64,000 bases of DNA from Candidatus Bathyarchaeota archaeon (GTDB taxonomy: Archaea > Thermoproteota > Bathyarchaeia > 40CM-2-53-6): NCBI GenBank assembly GCA_963726255.1, contig CAVSBL010000002.1:1280001-1344000 (forward strand), written 5' to 3'. Under the pieces are notes generated by a model that was given only the letters and a program-made list of their open reading frames with translations, did not search any database and was not told the DNA's origin. A program made the position numbers and the translations under genes. Every line of letters starts with the position of its first letter. Position 1 is the first letter of the stretch. Below are positions 1 through 9,857 of this stretch, in pieces.

Positions 1-1452
1 GAAGATTAAACACCGTGCGTACGTTGAGGCTTTCAAGTAACCGATGATCCTTTTGAGTGCGGTATCTACACTTGCCTGGTTTGCTGTGAGGGCGGTTTCT
101 GTTTGGGATAATGGATAAACGTCTAGCAGTTCTTGCGGAATTATGGCGAAGGTGAGACTGTAGGAGCAAATGTGCACGTCAGTTCGCCTCTCGAGTTTTC
201 GAAGCGATTCTTGGAGTTTTGACGTTTCCCGGAATGGTTCCAGTTGGGATCCGGGTAGGAGAATTAGCTTCTTAACCTGGCCTGGTGGGCGATACCTCTC
301 CAGCAACCGTTTCTGGTGGCGAAAAACTTCAGGCCGACGTAGTGAATCCTCAGTGAAGACGAATGGCCCTTTCTTCTTGCTTACAGGAGTACCTTCTTCC
401 AGCTCCTCAGCATAAGTCAACATCTGTTTGAATGCGACTTGAAGTGCCGGGTGCGTTCGGGACCTCGTTTCAACAAGCTCCCAAAGCCTACCATCAACAA
501 CAGCCTGCTTGACGGTTTGGAGTTCTCCCCTGCAGGTGTATAGGTTATGGGCGGCGAGGAAACGGTCACGGTACATAGGCAGGAGCTTCCTCACTTCGTC
601 AGGGGTCTTCTTGTGACACGCTGGGCAGTTGCAGGGAAAGTACTCCAAATCCTCTATCTTCGCTGTACCTTGCGTCGTCATATAACGCCCATTTCTGGCG
701 AAGAGCGCGTATGAGGCTGAATCGAAGATGTCGCAACCCAACGCCACCGCCAAAGCGAACATGATGGGATGGCCGGCCCCGAACAAGTGCAATGGCCTGT
801 CTGGCGGCAGGTTGGCTTTCGCGGCCATGATCATGTCGACCATGATATCGTAGCGGTACTGTTGCATGACCGGGGTTGGGCTTCCAAGGGCGTAGATCGA
901 AAAATCCCTCTTGGCCATTTCCCGCGCGGAGTAGGCTACGAGGTCAGGGTAGATGCCCCCTTGAACCGGGCCAACCCAGAGTATGTCACGTCGTTTGATT
1001 ACTTTTAACGCCTGGTCGGCCCTGCGCAGAGTCTCTTCAACGGTCCATTTGGCTCGGTCCTTCGAGGCCTCGGGCCCGGTTGGCACGTCGAGTATGACCG
1101 CCATATCGCTGTCCAAGCGTTCCTGAAAGCGAACTATCTCGTTAGGTTGAACTTCCACATCCCCATACTGAAGAATCTGGTAGGCGCCCGAATCTGTCTC
1201 AACCACACCATCGAAGTTCAGAAGCTGATGTATCTTCGGAACGTCCTGTTCTTTGCGATATTTGCGCCACACAAGGTAGGAGTTGGTAATCAGAGCGCCA
1301 AACCCAAAGGTTTCCCGCAGATCTTTTGCTGGAATTACCTGAGAATTCGGGTTTACAACAGGCAGTAGTAACGGGGTTTCAACCGTGCCGCTTTTCGTTC
1401 GGAGTAACCCGATTCGGCCTAGAAGGTCCTTGCTACGAATCTCGAAGGCCAT
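1..1452 (-). CDS. tgtA: archaeosine tRNA-guanine(15) transglycosylase, 3' end runs off the window
   Basis: Manual translation from ATG 1452: MAFEIRSKDLLGRIG..., with ETDSGAYQ, HLFGAGHP, GCDIFDSASY and the CNCPAC zinc motif. Missing from the ORF track because it is truncated. Confidence 0.93.
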   Translation of the reverse strand, partial: MAFEIRSKDLLGRIGLLRTKSGTVETPLLLPVVNPNSQVIPAKDLRETFGFGALITNSYLVWRKYRKEQDVPKIHQLLNFDGVVETDSGAYQILQYGDVEVQPNEIVRFQERLDSDMAVILDVPTGPEASKDRAKWTVEETLRRADQALKVIKRRDILWVGPVQGGIYPDLVAYSAREMAKRDFSIYALGSPTPVMQQYRYDIMVDMIMAAKANLPPDRPLHLFGAGHPIMFALAVALGCDIFDSASYALFARNGRYMTTQGTAKIEDLEYFPCNCPACHKKTPDEVRKLLPMYRDRFLAAHNLYTCRGELQTVKQAVVDGRLWELVETRSRTHPALQVAFKQMLTYAEELEEGTPVSKKKGPFVFTEDSLRRPEVFRHQKRLLERYRPPGQVKKLILLPGSQLEPFRETSKLQESLRKLERRTDVHICSYSLTFAIIPQELLDVYPLSQTETALTANQASVDTALKRIIGYLKASTYARCLIF

Positions 1453-1507
1453 TCACAGTCGAGCTTCGCTCATCTAGTTCAACCGTATTTTCTCTGGGTT
1501 CAGGTGC

Positions 1508-1951
1508 CTAGGGTTGCGTTTGGGACCTGACAAATTCATCGTAGACCTTTTGAACCCTTTCGGCAGCGGGCCCGGTGCCCTCAAGCATCCCCTTTTCGGA
1601 AACTCGGATCCGGTCCATCACAACGATTATTCCGGCTCCTTCGTTGACCCTCACCATCCTAGGGAAAACCCGCTCTAACCTATCGGCTAGGGCTTGTAGG
1701 TTGAATGGCTTCTCGGTGCTGAAAATCTGCACAACACTGTTGCCGTTAAGGAAGAGTTTGTTAAGAAATCGGCCGGCGTCATCTTTCGCGCCAGTTAGGC
1801 AAATGTTGAGCGAGTGGGAATCAACGCCTGAAAGAATACCCGTGTAATTCTTTCCGTCCGAAGTTACGACGGTAATCACTTTTTGGAGTTGAGCATTGAT
1901 TTCCTCCATAAACCTTCGATCGGGTAATGAGGACATGGAATTTCGCCCCAC
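1508..1951 (-). CDS. Lsm family RNA-binding protein with C-terminal extension (SmAP3 type)
   Basis: Sm fold (GKNYTGILSGVDSHSLNICLTGA...LFLNGNSVVQI) plus a C-terminal domain ending GTGPAAERVQKVYDEF; lies next to tgtA. Start may be 1936. Confidence 0.85.
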   Translation of the reverse strand: MGRNSMSSLPDRRFMEEINAQLQKVITVVTSDGKNYTGILSGVDSHSLNICLTGAKDDAGRFLNKLFLNGNSVVQIFSTEKPFNLQALADRLERVFPRMVRVNEGAGIIVVMDRIRVSEKGMLEGTGPAAERVQKVYDEFVRSQTQP

Positions 1952-1975
1952 TCATGGTTGGTCAGGTTAGTAACG

Positions 1976-2212
1976 TTATCGGCGTTCGACGCTGCTATTC
2001 GCGTTCATGTGCTGTTCCTGAGTTTTCGCTTCCTGCAGTGCAAGTCTTGCTTTCTTGGGATTTTCCGAACGAGCAATGATTCTCGCATCTTCTACGTTGA
2101 CTCGTCTTCCACAGTAGGGACAGGAACGGGTTCTCTTATCTGATACGGCGAGGAGAAGACGGCTGCACCGTGTACAGGCGACCACGAGGTAATGCTTCTT
2201 CGGGGTTGGCAC
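1976..2212 (-). CDS. small zinc-ribbon protein (DUF1922-like)
   Basis: CTRC...CPYCG motifs; operonic position. Confidence 0.7.
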   Translation of the reverse strand: MPTPKKHYLVVACTRCSRLLLAVSDKRTRSCPYCGRRVNVEDARIIARSENPKKARLALQEAKTQEQHMNANSSVERR

Positions 2213-2216
2213 AGGC

Positions 2217-2816
2217 TCACCACTTCAAGTATCTAGCCAATGAATTTTCCTTACCCAAAGTCGTAATCCAATCAATCTTTATCCTCCTTCGCACTCCGTG
2301 GCGAAGAATTCGCTTTGCAGTAGCCACACACTTACTTGCGCTTATGTGGGACGTATCCAACTGAACAAGCCGGCCCCATCCATACCACTTCACGGCATCA
2401 ATAAGACACACGTCGAGCATTTCTGCCAAAGCGTTCTCTCGCACTTTGCTCGTCTTCCACTTCTTCCTGCCCAGACGCTTTTCGAGAATTCTCGGGTTAC
2501 AGCGCAGTACGAAGACGAGTCTCACTGAGTCCTTCGTGATAATTCCATCAGGTATGTGTGTATCCACGATTATCAAACGCCTTGCCCGAGATAGTAGGAG
2601 ACGCAGACTCGCCTGTACACGAGCGAGGTTAACAACCCTAGACTTTCTTTCGCGATCAAAACTGGTGTACAGTTTGTGTTTGGAGACGAAATGTGTGAGT
2701 GGGATGTAGTCTGCACCAATTTCTTGTGCAAGCTTCTTCGAGAAGGTAGTTTTGCCCGTTCCTGGGGTTCCAGTGACGACGATTGCTCGGCGTGCAGGCC
2801 AACTAGGAGCTCTCAT
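2217..2816 (-). CDS. AK6/Fap7-type adenylate kinase/ATPase
   Basis: GTPGTGKTT P-loop, IIVDTH Walker B (hhhDxH), LRCNPRILEKRL...ENALAE. Confidence 0.85.
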   Translation of the reverse strand: MRAPSWPARRAIVVTGTPGTGKTTFSKKLAQEIGADYIPLTHFVSKHKLYTSFDRERKSRVVNLARVQASLRLLLSRARRLIIVDTHIPDGIITKDSVRLVFVLRCNPRILEKRLGRKKWKTSKVRENALAEMLDVCLIDAVKWYGWGRLVQLDTSHISASKCVATAKRILRHGVRRRIKIDWITTLGKENSLARYLKW

Positions 2817-3056
2817 TTGTCATCCGTGGCCTCGGGTCGTTTGCGTAAATATTCGCGGATTCCTTCCTTGATGAATCTGTAAAGTTCGGAGTACGGAAGA
2901 GCCTGTATGTCTTTCACGCCTTTGTCTGCGATATGGTTTGAGATGAAGGTTTGGAACCGCTCCTCTTCCGGGTTGATGTTCTGGATGTACCTTTCAAACA
3001 TTCGCACTATTCGCGAGCTTACACGAGCAAGGTACTGGGAATCGGATTCGGGCAAT
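2813..3056 (-). CDS. hypothetical protein (probable TTG start near 3056)
   Basis: Fills the gap between the aldo/keto reductase and kinase genes; its stop overlaps the kinase start (ATGA). Confidence 0.55.
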
Positions 3057-3090
3057 CTGACGCACGTCTTGGGTTGTGCCGAACACTGGC

Positions 3091-3936
3091 TTATGTAAAG
3101 GCAGAGTTGAGCGCAGCTTCGTCTTCCCGGTTTAGTTTCCACCCCGCGGCCCCACCGTTCTCCTTAACGTGATCCAGGCTGACGGCCTTAGGGATGGCTA
3201 CGACAGGGTCTTTTACTATTAGCCAATTCAAGGCCACTTGCACCTTCGTCTTACCGTATTTTCTGGCAGTCTGCTCGAGCACTTCCCAGCGTCTACCGCG
3301 TCCGCCTTTTGCGACCTGCCCCCGTCCGACTGGGCTATAGGCGATTATGGTAATGTGCTCGTCCGCGGCGAACCGCAGCAAATCCTGCTCGATCGACCTA
3401 TCCAACAAACTGTATTCTACCTGGTTGGAAACTAAATTTGCTTTCGATAGTGCCGTTTGTGCCTCACGGGTTTGTCGTACTGAGAAATTGCTTACGCCTA
3501 TGTGGCGTATCTTTCCTTCCGCAAGAAGCCGCTCCATTGCCCTCATCGTTTCCGCTACCGGAATGCTAGGGTTGGGCCAGTGCACCTGGTACAGATCTAT
3601 GTAACCTGCTTGGAGACGCCTTAGGCTAGACTCGCACGAACGAAGGACGCGCTCGTACGATAGGTTCTCGCCCGAAACTTTACTCGCGATGAAAACGTTA
3701 GCGCGTTCGGCTGCTACGGCCCCAGCTACAACCTCCTCAGAATGCCCGTTCGCATACATTTCCGCAGTGTCGATGAACCGCATTTCCAGTTCCAAGCCTA
3801 GACGCAAAGCCCGCACCGCCTGGTCGTCTCCTCCGACATGCTTGCTGCTGAAACCGCCTATACCCCAAGTTCCTAAGCCTAGCACCGGGACCTTGACCCC
3901 GCTTTTCCCAAGTTCCTTGTAATCCATATCGATCAC
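3091..3936 (-). CDS. aldo/keto reductase
   Basis: LGLGTWG, IDTAEMY, YIDLYQVHWP, IGVSNF, NQVEYSL, IAYSP, AIPKA. Confidence 0.95.
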   Translation of the reverse strand: MIDMDYKELGKSGVKVPVLGLGTWGIGGFSSKHVGGDDQAVRALRLGLELEMRFIDTAEMYANGHSEEVVAGAVAAERANVFIASKVSGENLSYERVLRSCESSLRRLQAGYIDLYQVHWPNPSIPVAETMRAMERLLAEGKIRHIGVSNFSVRQTREAQTALSKANLVSNQVEYSLLDRSIEQDLLRFAADEHITIIAYSPVGRGQVAKGGRGRRWEVLEQTARKYGKTKVQVALNWLIVKDPVVAIPKAVSLDHVKENGGAAGWKLNREDEAALNSAFT

Positions 3937-4058
3937 TCTACCCGAAGGATACGATAACTTCTAATGAAGAGGGCACATTTGAGTGATAGAGACACCTATA
4001 AACTGGGCCGCGTATGCGTGGCTGTAAAATTGTAAAATTTCGGTGCAGCTGATTTAGA

Positions 4059-4328
4059 ATGCGAATTGGAACTGCAGATGACGCAAAGGGCGTTGTAAGA
4101 AAATACATAATTGGAACAAGGTCGCGGCATGGAAAAGTGGCCTCAATAATAATAGAAGAGGAACCTAAAGGCCCAGATGACAAGGGAGTATGGGTTGTGA
4201 AAGGGACCTTCGTTACAGAAGAAGGCAATAAGGAGGATTTTACTGCTTCAATTACATCTCGAGGCGAAGTAACGATGACGCCAATCGCTCCTACGAGCGG
4301 GGAAAACGCTTCAAAACTCCGTAGGTGA
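4059..4328 (+). CDS. hypothetical protein
   Basis: 89-aa ORF with protein-like composition, divergent from the aldo/keto reductase. Confidence 0.6.
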   Translation: MRIGTADDAKGVVRKYIIGTRSRHGKVASIIIEEEPKGPDDKGVWVVKGTFVTEEGNKEDFTASITSRGEVTMTPIAPTSGENASKLRR

Positions 4329-4574
4329 ACGTGGACCCACTCCTTAAGAGAGACGACCGAGTTAACGACATTGGTGCGCAGTCAAACTAGACTTCAGAAT
4401 AATTGTTGAATGATGTGATGATAATGCCATTTATGCGATCGAAACCGAAACCTAAACCGCCTGCCTATTGGACGAAAGGCACAGTCAGTTGGTACAGCCG
4501 ATATGGTCGGGGCGGCAGTCAGGAAACCTAGCTGCCTCGTTCTCCCGTAAGCCTGTAACCCGCAGAAACTGACT

Positions 4575-5009
4575 TCACGCTTTGTGTTTCTTGTTTCTTC
4601 TATCATTCCTGTACATGATGATGAACAGCACGAAGAGGATAATCCCGAGAAGGTGCGCTATTTCACAGTCTGAACATATGGCATGTATTACGGCGAGTTG
4701 AATGTAGTCCAAGTAGATGATCGCAGGGACGCATAATGCGCCAACCACCAGGCCGATCGTTGAGGCTCTTCGAATGCCGTAAGCCCTGAGGCCCGCGAGC
4801 AGAGTCAGCAGGCTGAACCACCCAATTGCGAGCAAGTGAATTGGTACTCCGTACAGGTAGGAGAAGGACGCCTGAAAGACCAGTGGACATTGAGACCCGA
4901 GGACGCAGGCGGTAAGAGTAGTTGCGGATACGTACCATTGAAGTAGGTACCAACTCCAATATGCACCAATTATCCCAACAATGACAGCTGGGATTACAAC
5001 TCGTTTCAA
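4575..5009 (-). CDS. vitamin K epoxide reductase (VKOR) family membrane protein
   Basis: Four TM segments, loop cysteines CVLGSQC, and CSDC redox motif. Confidence 0.88.
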   Translation of the reverse strand: MKRVVIPAVIVGIIGAYWSWYLLQWYVSATTLTACVLGSQCPLVFQASFSYLYGVPIHLLAIGWFSLLTLLAGLRAYGIRRASTIGLVVGALCVPAIIYLDYIQLAVIHAICSDCEIAHLLGIILFVLFIIMYRNDRRNKKHKA

Positions 5010-5065
5010 CGTGATCCTCCCAAGCGTTGCTCTATGATGTTACTAGCTCTGCTTTCGCGAAGAAC

Positions 5066-5731
5066 TCAGCTGACGCTGTTAAGATAGGCTGCTAGCGTAT
5101 CGTAGGATTGTTGGCCTTGATATGAAGTGAGGAGTGAGCCATCTTTGCCGATTATGAAGGTCGTCGGCGTGGCTGTGACTCCGAATTCATTGTTCATTAC
5201 GGTTCCAGAGGAATCATAGAGGTACGTCCATGTGGAGCCGTATTGGTTCATGAAATTGACGGCGTCAGCGGCTGACGCCGGCTTTCCGTCAGGCCCATTC
5301 CATGGGCCGGCGACGGAGATGAACACAACCTTGTCGCCGTACTGCTTGTAGAGGTTCTCCATGATGGGGGCCATCTCCTGGCAGTGTGGACACCAAGGTT
5401 CCATGAACTCGAGGACCACAACTTTCCCACGGAACGATGATAATGTGACAGCTTGGCCGGTCACCACGTTCGGCAGGGTGAAATCCAGTCCCCCAGAATG
5501 AGATGTGCCAGTCGAAGTCGTAGTCTGTGAGGGAATGCTGGGTTGAGTTGCTGAGTAAACTACCCAAATGGCGATTATGAGAATGATGGGTATGGCTATT
5601 TTCTCAGCCTTGCTTAGCCGTACGCGGTCACTTTTTCGTGTTTCCTTCTCTGGGCGATTCGCCAAACCTTCACTCGTTCTCCTATGTGTGAATGACGCTT
5701 TTCGTGGACCTTGAATAAGCTTTTCCTTCAT
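5066..5731 (-). CDS. membrane-anchored TlpA-like thiol-disulfide oxidoreductase
   Basis: N-terminal TM, DFTL...FRGKVVVLEFMEPWCPHC, cis-Pro loop GVTATPT. Confidence 0.88.
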   Translation of the reverse strand: MKEKLIQGPRKASFTHRRTSEGLANRPEKETRKSDRVRLSKAEKIAIPIILIIAIWVVYSATQPSIPSQTTTSTGTSHSGGLDFTLPNVVTGQAVTLSSFRGKVVVLEFMEPWCPHCQEMAPIMENLYKQYGDKVVFISVAGPWNGPDGKPASAADAVNFMNQYGSTWTYLYDSSGTVMNNEFGVTATPTTFIIGKDGSLLTSYQGQQSYDTLAAYLNSVS

Positions 5732-5880
5732 TGCTGCTAGCTTGAAGCATATTTCGTGCGGATAGGGTTCTCGTAGTATGCAGGACTGTTACTGTGCTCT
5801 CTTTGGTTTTCTTACTCGAATCATCTGTTCTTGTTGAATATGCCGACATCAATAGAAGTTTTGAGGGGAGGATAGATTGG

Positions 5881-7539
5881 TTACATCATGCCTGGGGGCA
5901 TTCCGCCAGGCATTCCCCCTGGCATTCCGCCGGGACCACCTGGGGGACCGCCTTCCTTCCCCCCTTTTGAGGAGAGGATGTCATCTATTCTTAGGAGCAT
6001 GCATGCGGCTTCTGTGGCGGATTTGACAGCTTGCTGTTTTACCCTGAGCGGTTCGACTACGTTATCCGCGAGCATGTCAGCGATCTTGCCGGTCTTTACT
6101 TGGACGCCAAACCATTTGTTTTCTGGGTTTGCGTGTTCTGAACGAAGTTCGACCATAATGTCGATTGGGTCGAGTCCGCTGTTTTCAGCTATTGTGAGGG
6201 GGATGGCTTCCAGTGCTTCGGCGTAGGCTTCGATGGCGAGTTGTTCGCGGCCTCCCACTTTTAGAGCGTAGTCGCGAAGTTGCTTTGCTGTTTCAGCTTC
6301 TGGGGCTCCTCCGCCGGCGACGATCTTGCCATCCTCAACGGCGTTCCTGACTACGCAGAGGGCGTCGTGGAATGAGCGCTCAGCTTCGTCTACAACATGG
6401 TCGGAACCGCCTCTGATCATTACGGTGACCGCGTGTGGGTCTTTGCAGTCGCGTACGTAGACGAGTTTATCGTCTCCAATCTTCACTTCTTCAACGAGTT
6501 TTGCTTCACCGAGCCCTTCGGAGGGTATGTCTTTCGTGCTGGCTTGTATTGTTCCGCCGGTGGCTTTGGCAAGTTTCTCCATATCGCCGCTACTGACGTT
6601 CTTAACGGCCATTATGTTCTTCTTAGCGAGAAAGTGCAACGCCATATCGTCGATACCCTTCTCACAGAAGATTACGTTTGCCCCACTCTTTGCCACCTTC
6701 TCCGTCATTTCGCGAAGCATCGATTCTTCTTCGTCGAGGAAGCCTTTCATTTGGTCTGGGGAATTGATGTTAATCTTGGCGTCGAATTCGGTCTTCTCAA
6801 TTTCGAGTTTCGCGTTGACTAGGGCGATCTTTGCGTTTCGTACTTGTTTCGGCATTTGGGGGTGTGCGATTTCCTTGTCCACAACGATTCCTCTGACGAG
6901 TTCGCTTTGCTCCATGCTTTCGCCCTTTTTCTTCAAGACCTTGACTCGATCTATGTCGGCGGTAATTTTGCCGTTTCTTTCTTCCATGATTTGGTGGATG
7001 GCTTTCGTGGCTAGTGTTCCGAGGTGTTCGCTCGTTCCGACCGTTGCCTTTGTGCCCATCGAAGTCATTGCAATGAGTTTGAGCATCTTTTCGTCGTCAG
7101 GTTTTATGTCAATTGATAGGTTCTGTAGGATCTCCAAGGCTTTCTCGGAAGCCTTCTTGTAGCCTTCCACGATGACGGTCGGGTGAACTTCTTGGTCAAG
7201 AAGCTTCTCGGCTCGCGTCAAGAGTTCGCCTGCGAGAACAACGACGGTGGTCGTACCATCGCCCACTTCACTGTCTTGGCTCTTCGCTACCTCTACCAGC
7301 ATCTTGGCGGCGGGATGTTGAACATCCAGTTCCTTCATTATGGTGGCGCCGTCGTTTGTTATGACTACATCACCCATACCTGAGACCAACATCTTGTCCA
7401 TCCCTTGCGGGCCGAGCGTGGTCTTGATCGTTTCAGTGATGACTTTGGCGGCGAGTATGTTGTTTCGCTGCGCATCCTTCCCGGTAGTACGTTGAGAGCC
7501 TTCTCTCAGAATCATTACTTGCATTCCTTGTGAGGACAT
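5881..7539 (-). CDS. ths: thermosome (group II chaperonin) subunit
   Basis: [30 protein letters not shown]; GGM/PGGM-rich C-terminal tail. Confidence 0.97.
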   Translation of the reverse strand: MSSQGMQVMILREGSQRTTGKDAQRNNILAAKVITETIKTTLGPQGMDKMLVSGMGDVVITNDGATIMKELDVQHPAAKMLVEVAKSQDSEVGDGTTTVVVLAGELLTRAEKLLDQEVHPTVIVEGYKKASEKALEILQNLSIDIKPDDEKMLKLIAMTSMGTKATVGTSEHLGTLATKAIHQIMEERNGKITADIDRVKVLKKKGESMEQSELVRGIVVDKEIAHPQMPKQVRNAKIALVNAKLEIEKTEFDAKININSPDQMKGFLDEEESMLREMTEKVAKSGANVIFCEKGIDDMALHFLAKKNIMAVKNVSSGDMEKLAKATGGTIQASTKDIPSEGLGEAKLVEEVKIGDDKLVYVRDCKDPHAVTVMIRGGSDHVVDEAERSFHDALCVVRNAVEDGKIVAGGGAPEAETAKQLRDYALKVGGREQLAIEAYAEALEAIPLTIAENSGLDPIDIMVELRSEHANPENKWFGVQVKTGKIADMLADNVVEPLRVKQQAVKSATEAACMLLRIDDILSSKGGKEGGPPGGPGGMPGGMPGGMPPGMM

Positions 7540-7726
7540 TCTAGATCACCAAATTGTAACTTGTGTGCGTGAGGTAACGACCTTAACCTATAATCAGAGA
7601 CCTCGTCTTAGAGAGCCTCAAGATTGTGCGGCCTCAAGCCACATGGTTGCCGGCTGTTACCTCTGGTAACCTGTATGTCATCCGTGCTATATTAACCACA
7701 TAGTATGTTCGTAGCAACTCTTGGCT

Positions 7727-7795
7727 CTACTTGTGAGCTCTTTTCGTCTTCCTTCTTTTTCTTGTTCTCGTCTTATTCTCTTGAGATTGAGGCAA
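7727..7795 (-). CDS. putative 22-aa basic micro-protein
   Basis: TTG start, MPQSQENKTRTRKRRKTKRAHK; below the ORF-track cutoff. Confidence 0.25.
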   Translation of the reverse strand: MPQSQENKTRTRKRRKTKRAHK

Positions 7796-7808
7796 TCATA
7801 TCACGCAG

Positions 7809-7976
7809 CTAGGAATTTGCAATTCTTTTTCGCAATTCCTTTGGGTCATAGGATTCAGTAACCCTCTTTCTGTCTTTCTCTTGTTTCCTTCGCTTTCGCC
7901 TCTCTTCCTTTTTGCGACTAACCGCCCTCATTCTTCTGACTCTACTTCTCTCCTTTCCTTTCACAGATGATTCCAC
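7809..7976 (-). CDS. putative 55-aa highly basic small protein
   Basis: GTG start, MESSVKGKERSRVRRMRAVSRKKEERRKRRKQEKDRKRVTESYDPKELRKRIANS; explains the pyrimidine-rich + strand here. Confidence 0.4.
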   Translation of the reverse strand: MESSVKGKERSRVRRMRAVSRKKEERRKRRKQEKDRKRVTESYDPKELRKRIANS

Positions 7977-8080
7977 ACTAGATGTTGCCAGAACCCCTTT
8001 CGGTCAAATCGAGGCCTCAAGGAATTGACAGGCACGCACGAATTGAACCTTTCCTGTTTTGCTCCAGAGAGCATACGTAC

Positions 8081-8203
8081 TCAGGAGCCCGAGAGTCGTC
8101 GGGGGTGTATGAAGGATTCAAGGCATTGCTTTGAGCAAAATACGTATCCCTCGTGTAGAACAGGTTTTTCGATTTTCTTCCCGCAATTTGAACAGTACTT
8201 CAT
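8081..8203 (-). CDS. small TRASH/YHS-like zinc-finger protein
   Basis: MKYCSNCGKKI...YVFCSKQC. The start could be further upstream (8314). Confidence 0.6.
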   Translation of the reverse strand: MKYCSNCGKKIEKPVLHEGYVFCSKQCLESFIHPRRLSGS

Positions 8204-8810
8204 GTGAGTCTCATTCGATTTCTCAGCCAACCTTCTTTGCACCCTTTCGATTCCCGGTTCTGTTACATCTATCGTGGTCGTCTTATACAATTGTTTGGGG
8301 TTAGGGTGAACCATTGTTTTCGTCTTCGACCATGCACAATGCCTTGAGGCGACAATGGTGTCAATGGAATTATCCCGGTGGTGCAAGCCAAATCGTGTGC
8401 TCTTTAGTTCGAGGCAAGGCGTTACAGGAAAGGTTCTTCAATTTGCAGTGTGTTACTGAATCTCTTGTACGGGGTCTTGATTTGACGAGACCTGAATGGC
8501 AGAAGAAACGGAAGAGAATGGCGAGTAGAGCGGGTCAAGCGAGCGGCAGAGTGCGGTAGGCTTGAGAGAAATCGGTAAGGGACTTGAAAACCGATTATGC
8601 CCCACTTGCCATTAATCAACCTACTACCTCTGTGGAACATGCGGGAACTGCAACAAGTGCTGCAATTCTAGCTCCGCCACTAGACGTTCTGACACCGAGC
8701 CGGGTTGATCCGCAATCTGCTAGCGGGTTTCTCGAATGAACATTCAATGCACATAGAAGGACGCATGTTGGGCTGACTGTATTCTGGAACGCAAGTCCGA
8801 AATACCCGTT

Positions 8811-9038
8811 TTGTGCAAGGATGTTGACCTTACATTGGAAGTTCAGGATGGCATTGTAAGCAGGCTAATTGAGCAAAGAGAAAGATTGAAGGGCAACGAG
8901 AATTGCCCGAAATGCGGCCATTACAATCTGGAACTCAAAATTCTACTCGATGAGATTGACAAACTGGCCAGACTCCAAAACGATGACTCCAAAAAACGTG
9001 TACAGCGTATGAGAGAGTCCGACAAAGCACGCGCCTGA
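8811..9038 (+). CDS. hypothetical protein with CPKCGH motif
   Basis: 75-aa helical ORF, co-oriented with the next gene. Confidence 0.45.
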   Translation: MCKDVDLTLEVQDGIVSRLIEQRERLKGNENCPKCGHYNLELKILLDEIDKLARLQNDDSKKRVQRMRESDKARA

Positions 9039-9065
9039 AAAAGTCAAAACGAGACAGATGCTGTA

Positions 9066-9461
9066 TTGAGAGCCGAGCAGACCGGAAGCGATTTCTTGGA
9101 AGAGTTGTTGCCTCTTCTAAGGCGTTTTACAGCCACCTGGGAACAGAATGTTGTACTAGGAGATCATCGATGGCAATCGGAAAATATGAAAGTTATGCAA
9201 AGATTCGCGAAAGGGCTATCAACAGAACTCTTGGAACTCGACTCACAATACTCCGACCTTTGGGATGCTTATGTTAGAGGCCGAATGCACCAGCTATCCA
9301 CTGAACTACGCGAGTTTGTCACGCCAGACATGAGGAACCTGAGCGCTCAGGCCAATGAGGTTTTAATTGCGCACGGTAGAACGGCCTACGAACTTACAGC
9401 TGGATTGATGTCGTATCTCGAACCCGGGAAACCGATTAGAAAGCACTCCGATGAACAGTAG
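9066..9461 (+). CDS. hypothetical helical protein
   Basis: 131-aa ORF with normal composition; no motif recognised. Confidence 0.55.
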   Translation: MRAEQTGSDFLEELLPLLRRFTATWEQNVVLGDHRWQSENMKVMQRFAKGLSTELLELDSQYSDLWDAYVRGRMHQLSTELREFVTPDMRNLSAQANEVLIAHGRTAYELTAGLMSYLEPGKPIRKHSDEQ

Positions 9462-9578
9462 ATTCAGGAAGCGCTCGGGGATTCTCTCTCCTACAGGCAA
9501 GTACGTTGCAAGCACATAACTGCAGTAGAAGTCACCCTGAAACTGAGAGAGCATGTCCTAGGATTGTGGCCGTGTGGG

Positions 9579-9775
<197 letters not shown>

Positions 9776-9857
9776 AATGCAACCACCAATGCTGAAGCAA
9801 ATAGATTAGACTATCTTCAGCCCGTTCACGAAGCATGCGCCAACATGTTTTGCGTAT

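Noticed and set aside
170-1511. Plus-strand short ORFs here and the many antisense ORFs elsewhere in the track
   Set aside because: They are shadows of well-supported genes on the opposite strand (tgtA here).
4415-4480. GTGATGA C-box-like motifs here and near 28041
   Set aside because: No matching CTGA D box at a suitable spacing.
5884-5960. Tandem GGCATTCC-type repeats
   Set aside because: They encode the normal PGGM tail of the thermosome subunit.
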